Position numbers and translations under genes: made by a program | Sequence record: SRR2962707_5410 | Reading direction: 5' to 3' (one strand) | DNA: 59,474 nt | Part shown: piece by piece, positions 8,239 through 17,688 of the stretch | Position numbering within the stretch: position 1 is the stretch's first letter | Layout: each line of letters begins with the position of its first letter | The notes under the pieces: model-generated | What the model was told of the DNA's origin: nothing | The model's input: the letters and a program-made list of their open reading frames with translations, nothing else | Database searches by the model: none

Positions 8239-9605
8239 CCCACGCCAAGAAAACAACGGTCCTAATCGCCAACCGTGGGGAAATTGCCCTTCGCATTATC
8301 CGGGCGTGCCGCCGTCTAGGGCTCAGATCTGTCTGCGCTTTTTCCGAAGCGGACCGCGGGGCGCAATACCTTGATCTGGCGGATGACTCGATCTGCATTG
8401 GCCCCGCGTCGGCGACAAAAAGCTATTTGAACATACCGGCAATTCTGGCCGCAGCCGACATAATGAATGCCGACATGATACATCCCGGATACGGATTTTT
8501 GTCTGAAAACGCGGATTTTTCGCAGGCCGTTGCAGATGCCGGACTTACCCTTGTCGGACCAAGCGCAGATGTCATGCGACGCATGGGCGACAAAGTCGCC
8601 GCCAAAAGTGCGATGATCGAAAGCGGTGTGCCCTGTGTGCCCGGCCCGGACACGGTCCTACCTGACGATATGGGCATGATCCGAGGTGTCGCTGACGAAA
8701 TCGGCTACCCCGTTATTCTTAAGGCAGCGGGCGGCGGCGGTGGACGCGGTATGCGCATTGTTAAATCATCCAACGACCTTGCCGACGCCTATATGCTGAC
8801 CAAACAAGAAGCCCAGCGGTTCTTTGGCAATCCAGACATCTACATGGAAAAGTTCCTCCAAAAGCCACGTCATGTTGAGATTCAGGTCATCTCGGATTCG
8901 CATGGAAACGCGCTGTGGTTGGGGGATCGTGATTGCTCTATGCAGCGCCGCCATCAAAAGATGATCGAAGAGGCCCCTGCCCCTGGAATCGACCGCGATA
9001 TCATCGCTCAGATCGGCGAACGTTGTGCCGCGTCTTGTCGGGAAATTGGCTATGTCGGTGCTGGAACTTTTGAATTCCTGTTCGAGAACGGCCAATTCTT
9101 TTTTATCGAGATGAACACCCGTATTCAGGTCGAGCATCCTGTGACGGAAATGGTCACGGGACTTGATATCGTTGCGATGCAAATCGACGTGGCACGTGGG
9201 GGGCGCCTGTCGATCCAGCAAGCCGATGTTCGAACACAGGGTCATGCCATAGAATGCAGGATCAACGCTGAAGATCCGACGACCTTTGCGCCAAGCCCTG
9301 GGCATATCGACTATATGCATGTCCCCGGCGGACCGGGAATACGCGTTGACTCCCACATCGCAACCGGGGCCGACGTGTCCGCCAGCTATGATTCAATGGT
9401 CGCAAAAGTCATTGCCTTTGGTGCGACCCGCAACGAGGCCCTTGCCCGCGCCCGCAGTGCATTGGCAGAAATGCGGATTGATGGCGTTAAATCAAACATC
9501 TCTCTACATTGCCAACTATTGGAAGACCCGGGGTTTTCCGAAGGTGGGGTCAGTATTCACCATCTGGAACACTGGCTAGAAGAACGGGAGTTGGGTCATG
9601 AGTGA
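8235..9605 (+). CDS. accC: Biotin carboxylase subunit (AccC paralogue)
   Basis: Start MTHAKK (ATGA overlap); ANRGEIA, HPGYGFLSEN, GGGGRG, RDCSMQRRHQK, EMNTRIQVEHPVTE. Confidence 0.92.
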   Translation: MTHAKKTTVLIANRGEIALRIIRACRRLGLRSVCAFSEADRGAQYLDLADDSICIGPASATKSYLNIPAILAAADIMNADMIHPGYGFLSENADFSQAVADAGLTLVGPSADVMRRMGDKVAAKSAMIESGVPCVPGPDTVLPDDMGMIRGVADEIGYPVILKAAGGGGGRGMRIVKSSNDLADAYMLTKQEAQRFFGNPDIYMEKFLQKPRHVEIQVISDSHGNALWLGDRDCSMQRRHQKMIEEAPAPGIDRDIIAQIGERCAASCREIGYVGAGTFEFLFENGQFFFIEMNTRIQVEHPVTEMVTGLDIVAMQIDVARGGRLSIQQADVRTQGHAIECRINAEDPTTFAPSPGHIDYMHVPGGPGIRVDSHIATGADVSASYDSMVAKVIAFGATRNEALARARSALAEMRIDGVKSNISLHCQLLEDPGFSEGGVSIHHLEHWLEERELGHE

Positions 9606-10251
9606 GACAAAGCTTTCACTGATTGGCAGTCGAGCAGTCCTGTTCGAAGCCGGCTGCCCATTCGACCTCGCCCACCAAGAACGGATTTGGGCGCTAGTTG
9701 CCGAAGCCTCCCAGTGGGAGGGGGTGTTAGAAGCCGTGCCGGGTATGACCAACCTGACCTTGCTGCTGGCCGATGTTCCGCAGGATCTCGACGGCTTGGA
9801 ACGCAATCTTAGCGCGCTTTGGGCGAAAGGTACGCGGCGAGAAGTGGACGGCAAACTTCTTGAAATCGATCTGACCTATGGGGGCAAAGGCGGACCACAT
9901 CTTGCCGACGTTGCGCAAATGACCGGCATGTCGATTGACGATGTCATCAAAGTACACTGCGCTCAAGACTACACCGTTTATGCCGTCGGAAGTCATGCCG
10001 GATATTGCTACCTTGGCGGACTCGACAAGCGACTTGAAACACCGCGCCGCAAAGTGCCCCTGGCGCGTTTGCCCGGCGGATCGCTTTCTGTCGCTGGCTT
10101 GCAAACCGGGGTCTCCGCATCCGCTGGCCCAAGTGGTTGGAACACAATTGGCTCTGCGGATATCTCTTTTTTCGATCCCGCAAAAACGCCTCCTGCCCTA
10201 CTGCAACCGGGTGATCGTATCCGCTTTTTGCCGGCCGAGGTGATCGCATGA
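9598..10251 (+). CDS. pxpB: PxpB / carboxyltransferase subdomain C-D (allophanate hydrolase subunit 1 family)
   Basis: 'EAVPGMTNL', 'YGG..GPHL..VA', 'YLGGLD..L.TPRR..P', 'GPSGWNTIG', 'LLQPGDRIRF'. Confidence 0.85.
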   Translation: MSETKLSLIGSRAVLFEAGCPFDLAHQERIWALVAEASQWEGVLEAVPGMTNLTLLLADVPQDLDGLERNLSALWAKGTRREVDGKLLEIDLTYGGKGGPHLADVAQMTGMSIDDVIKVHCAQDYTVYAVGSHAGYCYLGGLDKRLETPRRKVPLARLPGGSLSVAGLQTGVSASAGPSGWNTIGSADISFFDPAKTPPALLQPGDRIRFLPAEVIA

Positions 10252-11225
10252 TCGAAGTAATCGCACTTCCCCCGCTGGCAACCATTCAGGATCTTGGGCG
10301 CGACGGCTTTTGGAAACAGGGGTTGGGGCGCGCCGGTGCAATGGATCGTTTAGGTCATAGCCTTGCCAATATCCTGCTTGGCAATGATATCACCGCAGCC
10401 ACGCTAGAAATCCCGCTCACACCGGCGAAATTCAAATTCGTTGAACAGTCGGCATTTGCCCTTGTTGGGGCGGCCTGTGGTGCCCGTCTTGACGGCCATG
10501 TTTTGCCTCGTGTTTTCGCTGGGATCGCCGAAAAAGACCAAACACTTGAGTTGGGGCCGATGACCTCAGGCGCGCGAACCTATCTTGCCCTGGCAGGTGG
10601 CATTGACGTTCCCAAGGTGCTTGGCTCTCGCAGCACTCAGTTACGAGAGAGCTTTGGTGGATTGGAAGGTCGGGTTTTAGCGCCGGGAGACAGGCTCGCC
10701 CCTGCATCCGCGACCCTCCCGGAGATGCCCAAATCCGGTCTCAGCCTGACGATGCCACCGCTGCGTTATGAGCAAGAGTCGAGCATCGTGCTACGGGCTC
10801 TGCCATCCACCGAATATGACAGCTTTGACAAAGACGCGCTCATGGCTTTCTGGTCGCAACCCTATACCGTCACCCCTCAAAGCAACCGTCAGGGCTATCG
10901 CCTTGAGGGTCCCAAACTCGATAGAACCTCCGAAGGTGAATTGCGCTCTCATGGGATTGTTCCCGGCATTGTACAGGTTCCGGGCGGTGGTCAGCCGATC
11001 ATTCAACTTGCGGATTCCGCAACCATGGGCGGCTATCCAAAGATCGCTGCGGTGATAGAGCAAGATTTGTGGAAAATCGGCCAAGCTCGCCCCGGCGATA
11101 CAATTCGCTTTGAAAAGATCACGCTTGAAACAGCGACGCAGGCCGTCCGGGAAGAGGCGGAATTGTTGGCGCGGTTTGAAGCCGACCTGAAACACCTCAC
11201 CAAACAAATGACGAGCTGGAGTTAA
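10248..11225 (+). CDS. pxpC: PxpC / carboxyltransferase subdomain A-B (allophanate hydrolase subunit 2 family)
   Basis: 'TIQDLGR', 'GAMD', 'ANILLGN', 'GARTYLALAGG', 'LGSRST', 'SNRQGYRL', 'QVPGGGQPII..ADSATMGGYP'. Confidence 0.88.
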   Translation: MIEVIALPPLATIQDLGRDGFWKQGLGRAGAMDRLGHSLANILLGNDITAATLEIPLTPAKFKFVEQSAFALVGAACGARLDGHVLPRVFAGIAEKDQTLELGPMTSGARTYLALAGGIDVPKVLGSRSTQLRESFGGLEGRVLAPGDRLAPASATLPEMPKSGLSLTMPPLRYEQESSIVLRALPSTEYDSFDKDALMAFWSQPYTVTPQSNRQGYRLEGPKLDRTSEGELRSHGIVPGIVQVPGGGQPIIQLADSATMGGYPKIAAVIEQDLWKIGQARPGDTIRFEKITLETATQAVREEAELLARFEADLKHLTKQMTSWS

Positions 11226-11226
11226 C

Positions 11227-11631
11227 ATGTTTACGCAAGCAGAACTCGACCGTCTTATCGACGCCATGCGGGCAAATTCGGTGACCTGCCTTGAGGTAGA
11301 TGCCGAAGACATGTCGCTTGAACTTCACCTGCCGGTTGCGGCCGCAGCATCCACCGCTCCTTCGGAACCCGCTGAGAAGAAACCGGGCAAGCAAGTGGTT
11401 AAAAGCCCTGGCATCGGAACATTTCTACCGCGCGGGCAAGACGACGGTCTGGACAGGGTTGACCCGCAAACCAAAATCTCTGCAGGCGATACACTTGGTT
11501 ACATCGTTCAAGGTGTCGTCCGCGTTCCGGTCATCTCCCCGACTGAAGGCCGAATAATTGGCCCAACTCCTTCAGAAGGCGCGGTATTTGGATATGGCGA
11601 CACCGTTTTTAATCTGGAAGTGATACCATGA
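11227..11631 (+). CDS. BCCP-like protein lacking the biotinylation lysine
   Basis: AccB-like N-terminus (ELDRLIDAM...LEV), Ala/Pro linker, 'VKSPGIGTF', 'GDTLGYI', 'GYGDTVF'; EAMK replaced by VQGVV. Confidence 0.7.
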   Translation: MFTQAELDRLIDAMRANSVTCLEVDAEDMSLELHLPVAAAASTAPSEPAEKKPGKQVVKSPGIGTFLPRGQDDGLDRVDPQTKISAGDTLGYIVQGVVRVPVISPTEGRIIGPTPSEGAVFGYGDTVFNLEVIP

Positions 11632-12392
11632 AGATCGACATCAACTCTGATCTTGGCGAAGGCTTTGGCCCCTATACGATCGCCGATGACGCCGCGCTGA
11701 TGGAACTCATCAGCTCCGCCAACGTCGCCTGTGGCTATCACGCTGGTGATCCCGTCATTATGGACCGGACCATTCGTCTTGCCAAAGAGCATAATGTTGA
11801 TCTGGGCGCGCATGTCAGCTTTCCCGACATGATGGGATTCGGGCGGCGCAAAATTGATATGGCGATGCCCGAGCTTGAGGCCCATATCCTCTATCAACTC
11901 GGGGCACTTTATGCGCTAGCGCGCCGCGCCGACCATCGCATCACCCACATGAACCCGCATGGCGCCCTTGGAAACCTTGCGAGCTCTGACCCCATCGTTG
12001 CCCACTCCGTCGCTGCCGCAACAATGGCGTTTGACCCTGAAATTGCGTTTCTCGTCCTGCCGGGCAGCGCGCTTGAAAAAGCCGCGCTTGATATGGGCGG
12101 GCGGGTTGTCCAGTTATTTTTGGCGGATCGAGGGTATTTGCCCAACGGACAACTGGCCCCACGCGGACAAGCAGGCGCCGTAATCCATGATCCGGCCCAA
12201 GTTGCAAACCGGGTCTTACACGTCCTGAAATCAGCCACAGTTGAAACGGTCACCGGAGAGGTGATCGAGATGCCCGTACAATCCATCTTGGTTCATTCCG
12301 ACACAGCCGGCGCGGTTGAACTCGCAACACGCCTGAAACACGACATTACCAAGGCCGGCGGCTCCGTAACTCCGCTGTCCAAACAAAAATAG
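11628..12392 (+). CDS. pxpA: PxpA (LamB/YcsF family)
   Basis: 'IDINSDLGEGFG', 'SSANVACGYHAGDP', 'GAHVSFPD..GFGRR', 'PHGALGN', 'ADRGY', 'VHSDT'. Confidence 0.9.
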   Translation: MKIDINSDLGEGFGPYTIADDAALMELISSANVACGYHAGDPVIMDRTIRLAKEHNVDLGAHVSFPDMMGFGRRKIDMAMPELEAHILYQLGALYALARRADHRITHMNPHGALGNLASSDPIVAHSVAAATMAFDPEIAFLVLPGSALEKAALDMGGRVVQLFLADRGYLPNGQLAPRGQAGAVIHDPAQVANRVLHVLKSATVETVTGEVIEMPVQSILVHSDTAGAVELATRLKHDITKAGGSVTPLSKQK

Positions 12393-12432
12393 ATCGACGC
12401 GCACGATCGAGCGAAAAAATAAGGAAATTTAA

Positions 12433-13206
12433 ATGGCATTCTCAGATTACAAAACAGCGCTCGTAACAGGAGCCTCTAGCGGCATGGGCTGGGCGATTGC
12501 AGAACGTCTGCGTGCCAAGGGGCTATCCGTGCATGCTGTGGGGCGAAACGAGGAAAAGCTCCAAGAGCTGAAAGAGCTTTGCGGCGTTATCCCTCATGCG
12601 GTGGATGTCACGGATACCGCTGCCATCACGGAAATGGTGGATGGGCTGGAAATCGATGTGCTTGTGAACTGCGCCGGCGTATCTCGCCCTGGTAGCCTCC
12701 TGCAATCCGACGCCTACGACATTGACGAACAAATCGACGTCAATCTGCGTGCCGGCCTGCAACTATGCCGTTTGATTTTGCCTGGCATGATGGCGCGTGA
12801 TAGCGGCCACATCGTCAACGTCACGTCCATGGCGGCACATTACGAATTTGGCGGCCACATTGCCTACCACGCGACTAAAGCGGCGATGCACACCGTGTCG
12901 CGCCAGCTCCGTGTCGATGCTTTCGGCCGCCGCGTTCGGATCACCGAAATCAGCCCTGGCCGTGTCGAAACAGACATTTTTGCCCGCGTCGAAAAAATTG
13001 ATCCGGCGGAAGCCAAGCGCAAATATTTCGAAGGCTTTGAAATGCCCCAAACGTCTGACATCGCGGATGCCGTCGAATACGCGGTTGGCACGCCTCAGTA
13101 TGTGAATATCGGTATGATCGAACTGCTGCCCACACTGCAAGTTCCCGGCGGTCTGCGCACAGGGAAACGCGTCGGCGACGAAGTGATCTTGACCGGCAAT
13201 AAGTAA
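12433..13206 (+). CDS. SDR oxidoreductase (YdfG-like, probably NADP-dependent)
   Basis: TGASSGMG, NCAG, YHATK, 'VRITEISPGRVET'. Confidence 0.85.
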   Translation: MAFSDYKTALVTGASSGMGWAIAERLRAKGLSVHAVGRNEEKLQELKELCGVIPHAVDVTDTAAITEMVDGLEIDVLVNCAGVSRPGSLLQSDAYDIDEQIDVNLRAGLQLCRLILPGMMARDSGHIVNVTSMAAHYEFGGHIAYHATKAAMHTVSRQLRVDAFGRRVRITEISPGRVETDIFARVEKIDPAEAKRKYFEGFEMPQTSDIADAVEYAVGTPQYVNIGMIELLPTLQVPGGLRTGKRVGDEVILTGNK

Positions 13207-13363
13207 AACCTACGATCTCGTGGCCCCGGCGCACTGCTCATGCCGGGGCTGACCAAAACCGTCATCGCGATTGGCTATCGTGCCAGACCGAAACGAGCTG
13301 AGTGATCTGACCGTTGGCTTGATAAACTGGCTGAACCAACCCTCAATTTGCAGGAAGACGACC

Positions 13364-14572
13364 TTGAAACCTATTAAACTCGCCGCACGCGTCACCAATA
13401 TCAGAGTGTCGCCTTCGACCGCCGCCGCTCAGAAAGTGCGCGACCTAAAGGCCGAAGGACGCCAAATCCTGAACCTGACCGTGGGCGAACCCGATTTCGA
13501 TACACCAGACAGCATCAAAGCTGCGGCGATTGCCGCCATCCATGCTGGCGACACAAAATATACGCCTGTGAATGGCACAGTGGACCTTAGAAAAGCCATT
13601 CAGCACGACTTTAAATCACGCTTGAACATCGATGCCACGCTGGATGAAATCTGTGTTGGTGGCGGTGGGAAACAAGTGTTGTTTGTCGCCATGATGGCCA
13701 CCGTTGAAGAAGGGGATGAAGTCATCATCCCAGCGCCCTATTGGGTCTCTTACCCCGACATGGTCATTGCAAACGGCGGGACACCGGTGATTGTCGAATG
13801 TGGCGATGATGTCGGTTTCAAACTGACGCCAGACGCGTTGGAAGCCACCATCACCCCCAACACCAAATGGGTCATTTTGAATTCACCGTCCAACCCAACC
13901 GGTGCGGCCTATACAGCGGATGAGCTGCGCGCGCTTGGAGAGGTCATCCTGAAGCACCCGCATGTGCTTGTGATGTGCGATGAGATGTATGACCGCATCT
14001 GGTTTGCTGATTTTGATGCGACCAGCATTCTGGGGGTTGTGCCCGAACTCAAAAACCAGGCTTTGGTCTCGAACGGGATTTCCAAGTCCTTTGCCATGAC
14101 AGGTTGGCGGATTGGCTATGCGGTTGGGCCCCTTGATCTGATCAACGCGATCAACAAATTGCAGTCTCAAATGTCGTCCTGCCCATCATCGATCAGTCAG
14201 GCCGCAGCGGCGGATGCGCTGATGGGCGACCAGACCAGCGTTCAGGCCTCAGTGGACGTCTATCGCGCGCGCCGTGACCGCGCCCACGAGCTGATCAACG
14301 CCATTCCGGGACTAAGCTGCCGCCTGCCGGACGGCGCCTTTTACCTGTTCCCCAGCTGTGCTGGCGCCATCGGTAAAACCACTCCGGACGGTAAGAAGAT
14401 TGAAAACGATCTTGATTTCGGCCTCTACCTTCTTGAATCCGCAGGCGTAGCCTCCGTCCACGGCGGCGCCTACGGGTTAGAGCCCTATTTCCGCATTTCC
14501 ACAGCGACCTCGATGGAAGAAATCGAGGCCGCCTGTGCCGCCATCGGCGAGGCCATGGCCGCGTTGGTGTAA
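13364..14572 (+). CDS. Class I PLP aminotransferase (aspartate aminotransferase-like)
   Basis: TTG start after AGGAAG; 'GEPDFDTP', 'PAPYWVSY', 'NSPSNPTG', 'DEMY', 'SKSFAMTGWRIGY', 'GAFY'. Confidence 0.9.
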   Translation: MKPIKLAARVTNIRVSPSTAAAQKVRDLKAEGRQILNLTVGEPDFDTPDSIKAAAIAAIHAGDTKYTPVNGTVDLRKAIQHDFKSRLNIDATLDEICVGGGGKQVLFVAMMATVEEGDEVIIPAPYWVSYPDMVIANGGTPVIVECGDDVGFKLTPDALEATITPNTKWVILNSPSNPTGAAYTADELRALGEVILKHPHVLVMCDEMYDRIWFADFDATSILGVVPELKNQALVSNGISKSFAMTGWRIGYAVGPLDLINAINKLQSQMSSCPSSISQAAAADALMGDQTSVQASVDVYRARRDRAHELINAIPGLSCRLPDGAFYLFPSCAGAIGKTTPDGKKIENDLDFGLYLLESAGVASVHGGAYGLEPYFRISTATSMEEIEAACAAIGEAMAALV

Positions 14573-14594
14573 AACCACAGCTCCGAAAATCAGG

Positions 14595-14630
14595 AAAACC
14601 GCCAGGCACCGCACGTGCCTGGCGGTTTTT
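14595..14630. terminator. Bidirectional intrinsic terminator
   Basis: AAAACCGCCAGGCAC-cgcac-GTGCCTGGCGGTTTTT between convergent genes. Confidence 0.8.
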
Positions 14631-14667
14631 CTCGTGGCTATGTCAGCGTGGCGGACTTAATTGCCGT

Positions 14668-15603
14668 TCATTCATTGCGAATTTGTGCGTCCGGCCACAG
14701 TTTCAGTATCACATGGCGGCGCATTTCCATAGCCAAGGGATCATGGAATATTTCTAACGCACTCGTCGCCTGTCCAGCCGTTAACCAGCCATCTGACAAG
14801 CGCCACCGACGAAAGAAGAACCAATCGATACTGTTACTTCTTGAGGACGCTATGCCCCTACGTATCTGGTCCTCTGTATAAGGTGCCCCAAGCTTCGCTT
14901 TTGGGCCAAACCTTGCCCGCATTTCGATATTTGATGCTTTGCTTTGCGCCACTCCGGCTTGGATATCTGCCTCAGTTATTACTGTGAGGCGAGCCAACTC
15001 TTCTCGAATGTCGGCGGGGATCGTTTCACAGGCATTTGCCAGTGCATCAACAAAACGAGGGTCAGTTGAGATTGCCATGCCCCAAGTCATGGGTTGTACG
15101 CGCCAGAAAACCAGTTCTGCGCTTTTGGTCCAAATGCTAGCTTCATAGAGACCTAATGCACTAAAAACTTTAAGGATTTTTTCATTGGCATGTGCGGATC
15201 CAAGCCCGTTAGAACTTTTTACATTTACCCCAGGAAGAGGAGGACCACCTATTTGGGTTACAACGAATTGACCCTTCTTTGGCAGCGGCAAGCTTCCGTC
15301 AGCAAGCCTGAACGATAGTTCATGTCGCTGTCTTGCCAGAGAAATCACTGCGACGCAGATATCGTCCCAACGGGGCATTACAGCTGGTCGCTTAGGTTCA
15401 TCAAGAGGAACTGCGCCCCATTCGGTTTCACGGGCGTAGCCGAGTTTTGTGAGCGCCTCACAACCCATTTGATAGGCGCTCGAATAGCTGTGCTCCCAGC
15501 CTTCACCGTCGTGTGCCAACGGCAAGGCATTCGATATGTATTCGCAAGCCACCTCGGGCCATTCTGGGTTTAAGTTGTCGGAAGCTATTGCTGATCTGGA
15601 CAC
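14668..15603 (-). CDS. Hypothetical protein, Trp-rich, no recognised family
   Basis: 311-aa ORF filling the gap between two terminators; start uncertain; codons look more AT-rich than neighbours. Confidence 0.65.
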   Translation of the reverse strand: MSRSAIASDNLNPEWPEVACEYISNALPLAHDGEGWEHSYSSAYQMGCEALTKLGYARETEWGAVPLDEPKRPAVMPRWDDICVAVISLARQRHELSFRLADGSLPLPKKGQFVVTQIGGPPLPGVNVKSSNGLGSAHANEKILKVFSALGLYEASIWTKSAELVFWRVQPMTWGMAISTDPRFVDALANACETIPADIREELARLTVITEADIQAGVAQSKASNIEMRARFGPKAKLGAPYTEDQIRRGIASSRSNSIDWFFFRRWRLSDGWLTAGQATSALEIFHDPLAMEMRRHVILKLWPDAQIRNE

Positions 15604-15724
15604 TTATTGTGATTGAGATGACTCCTCTAAAACCATTTAAATAGCAAATGTCAATTTTGAGCGCGAACCCAAAACTGGGCAACGCAAAAATAGCATCACC
15701 GGAAATGACTAGAAAAGTAGATTT

Positions 15725-15759
15725 CGGGGCTCTACGACTTCGTCACAGAGCCCCGTTTT
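15725..15759. terminator. Stem-loop/terminator downstream of the isomerase gene
   Basis: CGGGGCTCT...AGAGCCCCG flanked by T runs. Confidence 0.55.
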
Positions 15760-15765
15760 CGTATT

Positions 15766-16572
15766 TTAGGCAAGGACCGATTTCAGATAGGCCATCGACG
15801 TTGGGAAGTCGTCCAATTCGTGGGGCTGACACGCGGCTTCAAGAACCAAAGTTCCTTTGTAATCATCCGCGATCAGGGCTTCGACTTGGCCTTTCACGTC
15901 TGTCACACCGGTGCCGTAGCGCATCCAGACCATTTTTCCGTCGACAACCGCACCGTCTTTCAGGTGCACATTGCGGATATATGGTTTGAGCTTTTCATAC
16001 CCCGCACGAAAATGGGCTTCTTCCGCTTCATAGAGGTTACCTGTGTCCCAAACGTACCCGAAATCAGGATGGTTCACGGCTTCGAGCAGGTTAAAACAGG
16101 CGTCCGAAGTGTCGGCCCAGCTGCCGGGCAGGTTTTCAAGCTGCACGGTGAATCCGCGCGCAACCGCAACTTCGACAGCGTTCTTGATCAACGCCACAAC
16201 CTGCTCAAACTCGCCTTCCGCTTCAACAGCTTCCCGTGTTGGCCCAAACAGAATAAGCGTTTTGATACCCAATTCATCCGCAAGATCCAGGCTCATTGGC
16301 AAAAGATAGTTGGTGTGAAGCGCCGTCAATTCGCTTTTCAACGGCACTTTGAACAGACCGGGTGAAACAGCTGTATAATTAATGTTGAAGGCCTTGGATT
16401 GTTCTTTCAACCGCGCCCAGGCATCCCCTTCGAACATCGGAAAGCGTTTTCCTTCAACGATGCGAAGCTCAAACGAGCTAATTCCCGCCTCTTTAGCGCG
16501 TCCAAAAATTTTGGGCAGCCCGTCTGATGAGGCATCTGGATAAACTTCGTTGGTGACGGCGGTGATAATCAT
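15766..16572 (-). CDS. Sugar phosphate isomerase/epimerase (xylose isomerase-like TIM barrel)
   Basis: Metal motifs 'LEN', 'WDTGN', 'HLKD', 'VLE'. Confidence 0.8.
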   Translation of the reverse strand: MIITAVTNEVYPDASSDGLPKIFGRAKEAGISSFELRIVEGKRFPMFEGDAWARLKEQSKAFNINYTAVSPGLFKVPLKSELTALHTNYLLPMSLDLADELGIKTLILFGPTREAVEAEGEFEQVVALIKNAVEVAVARGFTVQLENLPGSWADTSDACFNLLEAVNHPDFGYVWDTGNLYEAEEAHFRAGYEKLKPYIRNVHLKDGAVVDGKMVWMRYGTGVTDVKGQVEALIADDYKGTLVLEAACQPHELDDFPTSMAYLKSVLA

Positions 16573-16710
16573 CTGTGCTCTTTCTTAGTATGGGGTTCAT
16601 AGAGTTTTGCCCGCCACCTGACCGAGGTCACATGGCAGAGAAATGCCAGTGTCTGGCAAGAGGGTTTGACGTCTCAGTAAGCTGCTTAGCGGCCGGACGT
16701 AGCGCTCAGA

Positions 16711-17688
16711 TCAGCGGTCATAAAGGTGACAACTCACTGAGCGGCCTTGGTCTTGCATCTGCAATACGGGGGCCCGCGATTCACAAATGGCGCCGATGCA
16801 CCGATGGCAGCGCGGATGAAACGCACAGCCTGTCGGTGGGTTCAAAGGCGAAGGGACTTCGCCGTTCATGACGATCTCTTGGCGTTTTTCCGTTGGATCA
16901 GCGGACAACGCAGCAGACAGCAAAGCTTCGGTATAGGGATGCGCGGGGGTGTCGAACACGTCGTCGGTGGCCCCTTTCTCAATGATCTGACCCAAATACA
17001 TCACAGCCACCTGATCAGCGAGATACCGCGTCGTCGCGAGATCATGCGCGACAAGGATGTAACTCAGCCCGTATTCAGCTTGCAGATCTTTAAAAAGGTT
17101 AATGATCTGGGAACGAATTGAGACATCCAGTCCCGAAACAGGTTCATCCAGAATGATCAGCCGTGGTCTAGAAACAATTGCGCTGGCGATGGCAATACGT
17201 TGCCGTTGCCCCCCTGAGAATTCATGCGGGAACTTACGCGCATCCTGCGGACGCAGACCAACCGCATCCAAAGCCTCATGCACCCGACGGTCGACTTCGC
17301 CTGAAGTTAACTTTTCATTAACCACTAAAGGTTCCGCCACGAAATCGCGAATACGAACACGCGGATTGATCGAAGACCATGGGTCTTGAAACACCGCTTG
17401 AACACGTGATCGGTATGCCTTTAGCTCTGCGCCGGTAAGCTTATGAATGTCTTTGCCATCAAACCGTACGCTGCCACTTGTTGGCGTTTGCAAGCGCAAC
17501 AAAAGCCGCGTGGTTGTGGTTTTCCCGCAGCCGGATTCTCCGACAAGCGCTAGGGTTTCACCTGCCCGGACTTCAAAGTTGAGCCCTGTGACGGCGCGAA
17601 CCGTTCTGGTTTCGCGTTTTATAAACCCGGTTTGCATGTCGAAATGCTTGGACAGGTTTTCGACTTCGATAATTGGTGCGTTGTTCAT
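16711..17688 (-). CDS. Peptide/nickel-family ABC ATPase (DppF/OppF-like)
   Basis: GESGCGKT, FSGGQRQR, LDEP, C-terminal 'PSPLNPPTGCAFHPRC'. Confidence 0.92.
   Translation of the reverse strand: MNNAPIIEVENLSKHFDMQTGFIKRETRTVRAVTGLNFEVRAGETLALVGESGCGKTTTTRLLLRLQTPTSGSVRFDGKDIHKLTGAELKAYRSRVQAVFQDPWSSINPRVRIRDFVAEPLVVNEKLTSGEVDRRVHEALDAVGLRPQDARKFPHEFSGGQRQRIAIASAIVSRPRLIILDEPVSGLDVSIRSQIINLFKDLQAEYGLSYILVAHDLATTRYLADQVAVMYLGQIIEKGATDDVFDTPAHPYTEALLSAALSADPTEKRQEIVMNGEVPSPLNPPTGCAFHPRCHRCIGAICESRAPVLQMQDQGRSVSCHLYDR

Noticed and set aside
7810-9605. Housekeeping acetyl-CoA carboxylase accBC
   Set aside because: Context is pxp/catabolic and the BCCP is divergent, so it is treated as a paralogous system
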